A stretch of DNA of 11,398 nt from Candidatus Fermentibacteraceae bacterium (GTDB taxonomy: Bacteria; Fermentibacterota; Fermentibacteria; Fermentibacterales; JCC-6): assembly GCA_041686025.1 (NCBI GenBank), contig JAWLEP010000062.1, positions 1 to 11,398 of the forward strand, read 5' to 3'. Positions 1-6,671 of this stretch are shown piece after piece (the stretch's first letter is position 1; each line of letters starts with the position of its first letter). Below the pieces are notes generated by a model that saw nothing but the letters and a program-made list of their open reading frames with translations, was not told the DNA's origin and ran no database searches. The translations under genes were made by a program, and so were the position numbers.

Positions 1-2099
1 CCCACGAACTGCCCTGCGGCTATGGCCCAGCTGCCGGTCTCGCGGCGCACTATGGCGAAGGTCGCTATGCAGGGGGCCATCACCAGGACGAAGATCAGTA
101 TGGAGATGCCGGTCCGGGCCGTGTATCGGTCGGTGAGTATGCCCTGCAGCCGGCTCACCGAGGCCTCAGAGCTGCCCAGGGAGAACAGAATGCCCATCTG
201 GGAGACGAAGATCTCCTTGGCCCCCAGGGCACCCACCAGGGCGGTGCTTATCCGCCAGTCAAAGCCCAGGGGGCGCATGGCGGGCTCCAGGCCGCGGCCC
301 AGCCTGCCGGCCAGCGAGTGATCCATCTCCTCGGCCCTGCGGGCGGCGGCCAGCTGGCCCCGGTCTATGGTCCCCCGCACGTCGTTGTCGTCTTCCAGTC
401 GCAGGGCGCTGACCTCGCCATCCTCCTCCACCAGCTCCAGGCGGCCGGAGTCTATCAGGCCGTCCACCGGGTGCTGCTCGGGCTTGGGATATGAGCTGAG
501 GAACCACAGGACGATGGAGAAGGCCAGTATGATGGTCCCGGCCTTGGCCACGTAGTGCCTGGCCCGGAACCATACGTGCTGCAGGATCCCTTTCAGCGTG
601 GGCAGCCTGTAGGGGGGCAGCTCCATCACGAAGGGGCTGTTGGCGCCCCGCAGGACCGAGACCCGCAGCAGCTTGGCCAGCGCGATGGCCAGCAGGATTC
701 CGCCCAGGTACACCAGCCACAGCACCATGGCCCTCTGCCCGGGGAAGAATGCCCCGGCCACCAGCAGGTAGACGGGCAGCTTGGCGCTGCACGACATCAG
801 CGGCAGCACCAGTATGGTCACCAGCCGGTCGCGGCGGTTGCTGAGGACCCGGGTGGCCATCACGCCAGGAACGGTGCAGCCGAAGCCGATGATCATGGGT
901 ATGAAGCTCTGGCCGTGCAGGCCGATCTTGTGCATGAAGCGGTCCATCAGGAAGGCCACGCGGGCCATGTAGCCGGTGTCCTCCATGATGGATATGGCCA
1001 GGAACAGCAGCGCTATGTTGGGCACGAACACCAGCACCCCGCCCACGCCCCCGATTATGCCGTCCACCAGCAGCGAGCGTATCAACCCCGGTGGGAGCCA
1101 GCCCTGGAGGAGCCCGGCCAGCAGGCCGAACAGGGACTCCAGCAGCCCCGCCAGCGGACTCCCCACCGTGAAGGTGAGCCAGAAGGTCAGGTACATGGCC
1201 AGGGCGAAGAGGGGGAGGCCGAAGATCCTGTTCAGCAGGACGTTGTCTATGCGGTGGGTGGTGTCGGGCGCGGTGGACCTGTGGGTATGCTCGGGCGTGG
1301 ACTCCTTGGCGGCACCGGCGGCTATGCCGTGCCGCAGCTCGGCCAGCACCACCTCCGGCGGGTCGCCGAAGATGTCCTCCAGGTGCTTGCGGGCCGCCTG
1401 CGCCGTGGCCTGCATGGCCTCCATCTCCTCGGGGGGGAGGCTGTCCTCCAGATGCGCTACTACCTCGGGGTCCTCCTCCAGCAGCTTGGCGGCGGCGTAG
1501 CGGGGAGGGTAGAGCTCCTCCCCAGCCTCGGAGATGTTGCGGGCCATCGAGTCCAGTATGGGATCGATGTCCCTGCCGAATCTCACCCGACGGGGATGGG
1601 CCTCCGCGTCGCAGCTCTCCACCACCCGGTCCAGCAGCTCCCGTGCTCCCTTTCCCCGGTGGCCCACCGTGGGAATCACATCGGCGCCCAGTATCTCCCC
1701 CAGCACCTCCGTGTCGGGCATCGATCCCCGGGCCTCGGCCTCGTCGCTCATGTTCAGGGCCAGCACCAGGGGGTAGCCCAGCTCCATCAGCTGCACGGTA
1801 AGGTAGAGGTTGCGCTCCAGGTTGGTGGCGTCCACCACGTTGATGATCAGGTCCGGGGGGTTGTGAAGCAGTATCCTCCGGGCCTCACGCTCGTCGTCGG
1901 AGTGGGCGGTGAGACTGTAGCTGCCCGGGAGGTCTATGAATGTTATCTCGCAGTCCCGATGGACCTTGCTGCCCACAACCGTGTCCACGGTCACCCCGGG
2001 GTAGTTGCCCACGTGCTGGCTGGCACCGGTAAGGGCGTTGAAAACGGAGGTCTTGCCGGCGTTGGGGTTGCCGGCCAGGGCTACGTTGATCTGTCTCAT
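1..2099 (-). CDS. feoB: Ferrous iron transport protein FeoB (3' end truncated by the window edge)
   Basis: Manual translation from ATG 2099 is open to the window edge (about 699 codons). It begins MRQINVALAGNPNAGKTSVFNALTG (G1), then NYPGVTVD (G2), DLPGSYSL (G3), VVDATNLERNLYL and NMSD (G4). The membrane part has EDTGYMARVAFLMD, GFGCTVPG, MSCSAKLPVY, PFVMELPPYRLP, AKEIFVS and PCIAT. The start overlaps the upstream stop (TGATG). Not in the ORF track because no stop lies in the window. Confidence 0.97.
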   Translation of the reverse strand, partial: MRQINVALAGNPNAGKTSVFNALTGASQHVGNYPGVTVDTVVGSKVHRDCEITFIDLPGSYSLTAHSDDEREARRILLHNPPDLIINVVDATNLERNLYLTVQLMELGYPLVLALNMSDEAEARGSMPDTEVLGEILGADVIPTVGHRGKGARELLDRVVESCDAEAHPRRVRFGRDIDPILDSMARNISEAGEELYPPRYAAAKLLEEDPEVVAHLEDSLPPEEMEAMQATAQAARKHLEDIFGDPPEVVLAELRHGIAAGAAKESTPEHTHRSTAPDTTHRIDNVLLNRIFGLPLFALAMYLTFWLTFTVGSPLAGLLESLFGLLAGLLQGWLPPGLIRSLLVDGIIGGVGGVLVFVPNIALLFLAISIMEDTGYMARVAFLMDRFMHKIGLHGQSFIPMIIGFGCTVPGVMATRVLSNRRDRLVTILVLPLMSCSAKLPVYLLVAGAFFPGQRAMVLWLVYLGGILLAIALAKLLRVSVLRGANSPFVMELPPYRLPTLKGILQHVWFRARHYVAKAGTIILAFSIVLWFLSSYPKPEQHPVDGLIDSGRLELVEEDGEVSALRLEDDNDVRGTIDRGQLAAARRAEEMDHSLAGRLGRGLEPAMRPLGFDWRISTALVGALGAKEIFVSQMGILFSLGSSEASVSRLQGILTDRYTARTGISILIFVLVMAPCIATFAIVRRETGSWAIAAGQFV

Positions 2100-2845
2100 C
2101 AGAGCCGGTCTACCTCTATCGCTCGGGCCTCTTCGCGCCGGAGAGAGAGGCTGAACCCGCGGACGCGGACCTCCACCGGATCACCCAGCGGGGCCTTGCG
2201 GACCAGGGTCAGCTCCACTCCCGGGAGAATGCCCATGTCCACCAGCCTCTGACGGACGGCGCAGCTGGCGTGCAGATGCACCACCCGCGCCGAGTCGCCC
2301 GGCTCCAGCTCGGAGAGTACCGGGCCCTCGTGCTGGCCCTTGTAGCGGCGGCGGCGCTTGCCCTGCGGCCTGTCCGGGGCGGTTACGAAGCCCGACTGCT
2401 CGCAGCGGCGGAAGGCGTTCTGCACCGTCTCGCCGTCTGCGCGGGCGCTCTCGGCGAACTGGGTGAAGGCCACCAGATGGGAGAGGGTCTCCCGGCTCAG
2501 GTGGTGCTCCAGCAGGCAGGCGTCGCGCTCCGCCGCCTCCCCCTGGACTCCCAGTATCTCCGAGAGGAACTTGCGTACGAACCGGTGCCTGCTGGCGATC
2601 TTCTGGGCCAGCCGGTTGCCCTTGGGGGTCAGCGCCGGCATCTCTCTCGCCCCGTAAGTGATGAGCTCTTCCTTGTTGAGCCTCTGCAGGGCCTGGCAGA
2701 CGCTGGCCATGCTGACGTCCCGCCTCTCGGCTATCTCGCTGACCCGGGCCTCGCCCTTCTCCTGCAGGAGGTTGTAGATGGTCTCCAGATAGTCCTCGAG
2801 GCTCTCCGAGAGGACTCCGACTTCCAAGCCTCCCCCTTTCCGCAT
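2099..2845 (-). CDS. DtxR/MntR-family metal-dependent transcriptional regulator with a C-terminal FeoA domain (start may be TTG at 2827)
   Basis: N-terminal SESLEDYLETIY...ARVSEIAERRDVSMASVCQALQRL winged helix; dimerisation/metal segments RHRFVRKFL and DACLLEHHLS; C-terminal LSELEPGD...RQRLVDMGILPGVELTLVRKAPLGDPVEVRVRGFSLSLRREEA is a typical FeoA sequence. Directly upstream of feoB. Confidence 0.93.
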   Translation of the reverse strand: MRKGGGLEVGVLSESLEDYLETIYNLLQEKGEARVSEIAERRDVSMASVCQALQRLNKEELITYGAREMPALTPKGNRLAQKIASRHRFVRKFLSEILGVQGEAAERDACLLEHHLSRETLSHLVAFTQFAESARADGETVQNAFRRCEQSGFVTAPDRPQGKRRRRYKGQHEGPVLSELEPGDSARVVHLHASCAVRQRLVDMGILPGVELTLVRKAPLGDPVEVRVRGFSLSLRREEARAIEVDRL

Positions 2846-2859
2846 TAGGCTTACCTAAT
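2844..2859. promoter_or_regulatory. DtxR-family operator palindrome ATTAGG-CTTA-CCTAAT (probable autoregulatory site of dtxR-feoA-feoB)
   Basis: Perfect 6-bp arms with a 4-nt spacer. The core TTAGG-N4-CCTAA matches the SirR/EfaR/MntR-type boxes of DtxR-family repressors. It lies immediately 5' of a DtxR-family gene and feoB. Confidence 0.8.
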
Positions 2860-2880
2860 AGGTGGGGAATCCGCAGTCAA
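2852..2880 (-). promoter_or_regulatory. Possible sigma70 promoter for dtxR-feoAB, overlapped by the operator
   Basis: Minus strand TTGACT (2880-2875), 17 nt, TAGGTA (2857-2852). The -35 is good; the -10 is weak and lies inside the operator. Confidence 0.4.
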
Positions 2881-2950
2881 GCGCCTGCGACGTAGCGTGG
2901 AAGCAGGCCCACGCTTATGATATATTATGAGCAATATGCAGGCCTGCGAT

Positions 2951-2979
2951 TTGTATTATAGCCCGCTGGGCAGTAGACT
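2951..2979 (+). promoter_or_regulatory. Putative sigma70 promoter for the HAD gene
   Basis: TTGTAT (2951-2956), 17 nt, TAGACT (2974-2979) in an AT-richer intergenic patch. Confidence 0.5.
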
Positions 2980-2994
2980 ATCCGTTGGCAAGGA

Positions 2995-3681
2995 ATGTCT
3001 ACTCAGGGGGAGGAATCACTGAGCGCCAGATACGATGTGGTCTTCTTCGATCTGGAGGGCACTCTGTTCGACCCCGGCCCGGGCCTCATCGAGGCTGCCA
3101 GGCACGCCCTGCTTCGCCTGGGCATAAGGGAGGGCAGCCCCTACCGGCTGAGAAGGCTGGTAGGCCCGCCCCTGGAGGCGGGCTTCTCTCTTTACTACGG
3201 CCTGGAGCGGATGGAGGCCGAGAGGGCGGCGGACAGCATGCGGCAGCACTACCTGGAGTACGGAATCGACGACATCCGCCTATACGATGGCGTGGAGGCG
3301 ATGCTCGAACGGCTGCGACAGGCCAGGACCGGCCTGGTGGGCGTCAGCTGCAGAGACTCCATCTACGTATCAAGGCTGATGCGGAGTCATGGCCTGACTT
3401 CCATGTTCATATCCGCCCGGGGGGGAAGCACGGACCGCGGCCGGTCGAAGCGGGCCATCATCGAGGGGATTCTGACCGAGCTCCCGGTACTGAATGGCAG
3501 GAGCATGGTGGTTGTGGGGGACCGGGAGGACGACGTGCTGGCCGCCCGGGAGCTGGGTCTTCCCTGTGTGGCGGTTGGTTACGGCTTCGGGTCCGCCGAA
3601 GAGCTCCGGAACGCGGGACCGGACCTGACCGTCCCCTCGGTGGAGCAGCTGTCCCGGGCTCTTCTGCCCGGAAGCCCCTAG
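2995..3681 (+). CDS. HAD-superfamily hydrolase (phosphoglycolate phosphatase/5'-nucleotidase-like, C1 cap); start may be CTG 3019
   Basis: YDVVFFDLEGTLFDP (motif I, D-x-E variant), cap segment LVGPPL, LYDGVEAML, motif III SKRAII, motif IV VVGDREDDVLAA, VAVGYGFGSAEEL. Confidence 0.9.
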   Translation: MSTQGEESLSARYDVVFFDLEGTLFDPGPGLIEAARHALLRLGIREGSPYRLRRLVGPPLEAGFSLYYGLERMEAERAADSMRQHYLEYGIDDIRLYDGVEAMLERLRQARTGLVGVSCRDSIYVSRLMRSHGLTSMFISARGGSTDRGRSKRAIIEGILTELPVLNGRSMVVVGDREDDVLAARELGLPCVAVGYGFGSAEELRNAGPDLTVPSVEQLSRALLPGSP

Positions 3682-3683
3682 GA

Positions 3684-4745
3684 CTATACCGCCGCCCCGC
3701 TGGTGCGGGCCGTACGAGGCCCGTACGCAGCGGCCCCGCCTCTCCCGTACTTCCTGAAGTACTCCATCAGGGGCACCGGCCCCTCCAGCACCGTACGCAT
3801 CAGCCGCAGCCTGGAGCCCTGTCCCAGCCCCTCTGCCGTCTGCGTGGAGACGTGCCACTTGACCAGGCTCACCTCGCTTCTTTCGATCTCCAGGGCCGTT
3901 ATGCACCGCGGGTGGACGCAGCTGCCGCAGTTCATGTAGGGCGGGTCCTGGGGGGAGGGGAGCTCCGGCCGGTGGGTGTGGCCGGCGATAAGGGGTATGC
4001 CGCTTCGGCGGCACCACTGGGTCAGCCTGCTCTCGGTCTCCCGCATCAGGGCGTAGTTGCCGGCGGGGGTGATCCTGGGACGCAGGCCGGCGTTCTGGAG
4101 CATCCTCCAGATCCTGCGCACCAGGAACCGGCTCAGGGGCCATATCCGGTGGCTCCACAGCTCGCCCTGGTGGCCGTGGGTCACCAGTATCTCTCCGCCG
4201 CTGCTCCGGTGTCGAAGCACCACCGCCTCTCTGGCGGCGAGGGGACGGAACAGCGGCCGCACCGGCGGCCGGGCCCGTCCGGCGATGGCGTCCAGTACCC
4301 TCTCCCGCCCCAGATCCTCCAGAAGGGGGCTGACCCTGCCGTCGTAGTACATCCAGAGGGCGGGCATCAGATCGGCCTGCACCCTCTGCGGCTGGCGCCA
4401 GACGTTGTTGTGATTCCCCCAGAGAAAGATCAGCCTGCCCTCCGCGTGCAGGTATCCCAGCCTTATGTAGACCTCGCTGTAGGCCCAGTGGACCGAGGCG
4501 AAGGAGGAGTTCTCCCACAGCTCCTCGCCGTCGCCCACCTCCACGTAGGTGAAGCCCCGGCCGGTGTAGTGGCCCAGGGCGTGGAGAAACAGGAGACGGT
4601 TGCGGGAGAAGTCGTCGCCCCATCCGCCGTTGCCCCGGTGGCAGTCGCTCATGAACACAAGCCGACTGCCCGAGTCGATCCAGACCGGATTCCTGCGGCA
4701 GCGGCCGTAGAGGTCCGCAAGGGTTGTGCGCGCCATCCTGCCCAT
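3684..4745 (-). CDS. Calcineurin-like metallophosphoesterase (LpxH-like fold)
   Basis: Five metal-binding motifs in order: SDCHRG, VGDGEELW, WGNHN, THGHQ, AGHTH, followed by YMNCGS. Purine-rich GGAAGGGA upstream of ATG 4745. Its stop is 2 nt from the convergent HAD stop. Confidence 0.88.
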   Translation of the reverse strand: MGRMARTTLADLYGRCRRNPVWIDSGSRLVFMSDCHRGNGGWGDDFSRNRLLFLHALGHYTGRGFTYVEVGDGEELWENSSFASVHWAYSEVYIRLGYLHAEGRLIFLWGNHNNVWRQPQRVQADLMPALWMYYDGRVSPLLEDLGRERVLDAIAGRARPPVRPLFRPLAAREAVVLRHRSSGGEILVTHGHQGELWSHRIWPLSRFLVRRIWRMLQNAGLRPRITPAGNYALMRETESRLTQWCRRSGIPLIAGHTHRPELPSPQDPPYMNCGSCVHPRCITALEIERSEVSLVKWHVSTQTAEGLGQGSRLRLMRTVLEGPVPLMEYFRKYGRGGAAAYGPRTARTSGAAV

Positions 4746-4816
4746 TGGGTGTTCCCTTCCACCGGTATGGAGCGAGGATGGCGCCAGGGTGTTATCTGTG
4801 TGTTAACATCGCCTGA

Positions 4817-4858
4817 TTGATGGCAGACACAGCTCATCAACGGTCAGCGGATTTGATG
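4817..4858. repeat. Phased triplet TTGATG-N12-CATCAA-N12-TTGATG (possible operator or alternative hairpins)
   Basis: Exact hexamers at 4817-4822, 4835-4840 (inverted) and 4853-4858, 18 bp apart, in the 132-bp intergenic region. Function unknown. Confidence 0.45.
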
Positions 4859-4877
4859 GATTTTATCTCCGTCCCCG

Positions 4878-6671
4878 TCAGGTGAGGCCGAGGATCTCCG
4901 CGGACCAGGCCGATTCCATGGAGGACTCCCGGAAGAAGACCCGGTCGGGCACCACCGCCCTCCGGGCCAGGGGCCCGATGAGGCAGCGGCCGGGCAGCCG
5001 GACCCCCACACCCGCCCGCAGCAGGGAAGGGGGCAGGCCGTCGGGCTCCTCCACGTCCACCGCCACCGGCACTACTGCTGCGGCCGCCGCCAGCCAGTCG
5101 TCCGGGGCCGCTTCCCGGTCCTCCACCAGGACCGAGACCCGCAGCCTGCCGCGGGTGCCCAGGTAGCGGGCCATGCGCTGGGCGTAGTCGTCGGCCGGCT
5201 GCACCTGCTCCAGCAGGTCCAGCAGGTCCAGGGGAAAGGGGGCGGAGGGGACCAGCACCAGGTCCAGCACGCAGAAGGGGTCGGCGTCCAGCCTTCTGCG
5301 GACGTGGGCCAGGACGTTCTCCCTGTCCGCCCACAGGTCGCTGCCCTCCACCAGCAGGCGGCCGTGCCTGCGGGAGGGCGGCGGCTCCGCCGGCGGAGGA
5401 TCCCCGGCCCGGACCCTCTCGGATCCCGGCCAGCCGTCGGTGAGGGCCGGGCGGGTGTCCACGTGCAGGCTGTAGCCCAGTAGGTCGCCCATCCGCTGCC
5501 TGGTGGCGGCGATGGACTGCGCGGAGGGGTAGCCGTGCGTGGAGAGGACCAGGTAGGGAGGGCGGTCCATGTGGTCGACCCCCAGAGCGGCCGCCCGCCT
5601 GCGCACCTCGGTGCCGGGGAGGACGGCCAGGGGGAACACCTGCACGTCCGCCCCCAGGCCCCGGTCGCACAGCTCTGCGGTGGAGCGCAGGGCCTTCCGC
5701 GGCGAGTCGCCGGGGAGTGCCATGATCAGGTCCATGACCGGCACCACACCCGCCTCCCTGAGGCGGACGGCACCGCGCATTGCGGCGGCCGGGTCGCCCC
5801 CCCGGCCGCAGAGCCTGCCCACCTCCGGGTCGGTAGACTGAAGGCCCACCTCCACACTCACGAACCCGGCCCGGGACATGGCCTCCGCGGTCTTCCCGTC
5901 CACCGGCTCTCCCCGCACCTCCGCGAAGAGGCTCCTGTTCGCATCCTGCAGGCCGGCAAGCAGCTCCATCAGGTCCGGCCTGGTGTTGAAGGTGGGGTCC
6001 AGGAAGGTTATCTCGCCTCCGGGAAGCCGGCCCACTCGCTGCAGGACCCGGGCGGCGGGCATGATCCGCGGAAGGGGATGCGAGCGGCGGTAGGAGCAGA
6101 AGATGCACGAGCTCCCGCAGCCCCGGACGGTCTCCAGATACACCGAGTCGGACCCGCCCGCCCGTATGTGGCCGCTGAGGTAGGGGTCGGGCCAGCTGCC
6201 GGGGGAAGCTTCGCAGGCCCCCGCCACCAGGGGACGTGCCCTCCCGGACAGCTCCGGTGCTCCCACCGGGTCCAGGACCCGGCGGGCCACGCCCTCCGCC
6301 TCGCCGCACACCAGCAGATCGAAGGCCGGATCCTCCAGGAGCCAGCGGTTGCCGGGCCAGACCTCCGGACCCCCGGCCACCACCGGCAGCTCCGGCCGGA
6401 GCCGCTTCAGCCTGCCGGCGATGAAGGCCGACCGCTCGGAGTTCCAGGAGTAGAGGGTGAAGCCCACCAGTGAGGGTTCGCGGGACAGGATCTCATCCAC
6501 CAGGGCCCGGTCGCCCAGCCCGTCCGCGGCGTCCTGCTCCAGGACGGATGACGGGGGAAGGTCGGCGGCGGCCGCCAGGCAGGCCCCGGCGAAGGGTACG
6601 TTTCCGGTGGGCTCGGCGGGGGCGGCCGGATGCAGCGGCAGCTGGACCAGAAGCGGCAGGCTACGCCCCAG
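4878..6671 (-). CDS. Cobalamin (B12)-binding domain radical SAM protein with a C-terminal extension (about 597 aa with the proposed CTG start)
   Basis: YLETVRGCGSSCIFCSY (CxxxCxxC), FLDPTFN, EVGLQS, DLIMALPGD; B12-domain segment LVGFTLYSWNSERS...VVAGGPEV...LLVCGEAE. The frame stays open upstream of GTG 6500 to a TAG at 6690-6692 and reads LPLLVQLPLHP..TGNVPFAGACL..LGDRALVDEI, which looks like the start of the B12 domain. Start coordinate is inferred. Confidence 0.9.
   Translation of the reverse strand: MGRSLPLLVQLPLHPAAPAEPTGNVPFAGACLAAAADLPPSSVLEQDAADGLGDRALVDEILSREPSLVGFTLYSWNSERSAFIAGRLKRLRPELPVVAGGPEVWPGNRWLLEDPAFDLLVCGEAEGVARRVLDPVGAPELSGRARPLVAGACEASPGSWPDPYLSGHIRAGGSDSVYLETVRGCGSSCIFCSYRRSHPLPRIMPAARVLQRVGRLPGGEITFLDPTFNTRPDLMELLAGLQDANRSLFAEVRGEPVDGKTAEAMSRAGFVSVEVGLQSTDPEVGRLCGRGGDPAAAMRGAVRLREAGVVPVMDLIMALPGDSPRKALRSTAELCDRGLGADVQVFPLAVLPGTEVRRRAAALGVDHMDRPPYLVLSTHGYPSAQSIAATRQRMGDLLGYSLHVDTRPALTDGWPGSERVRAGDPPPAEPPPSRRHGRLLVEGSDLWADRENVLAHVRRRLDADPFCVLDLVLVPSAPFPLDLLDLLEQVQPADDYAQRMARYLGTRGRLRVSVLVEDREAAPDDWLAAAAAVVPVAVDVEEPDGLPPSLLRAGVGVRLPGRCLIGPLARRAVVPDRVFFRESSMESAWSAEILGLT

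Noticed and set aside
555..2252. 565-aa plus-strand ORF
   Set aside because: Antisense shadow of feoB/feoA; Q/H/G/P-rich composition expected from high-GC3 codons, with no recognisable motifs.
2985..4820. 611-aa plus-strand ORF spanning the HAD and metallophosphoesterase genes
   Set aside because: Off-frame to the HAD gene and antisense to the phosphoesterase; R/G/P-rich with no domain; an artefact of stop-codon scarcity at high GC.
4825..4872. Superficial likeness of minus-strand GGAGAT...TCCGC...GTTGATGA to a fluoride riboswitch
   Set aside because: Lacks the GATGG core, a clear P1 pairing and the 3' pseudoknot partner; the downstream gene is not a typical fluoride-regulated gene. An Infernal scan would settle it.
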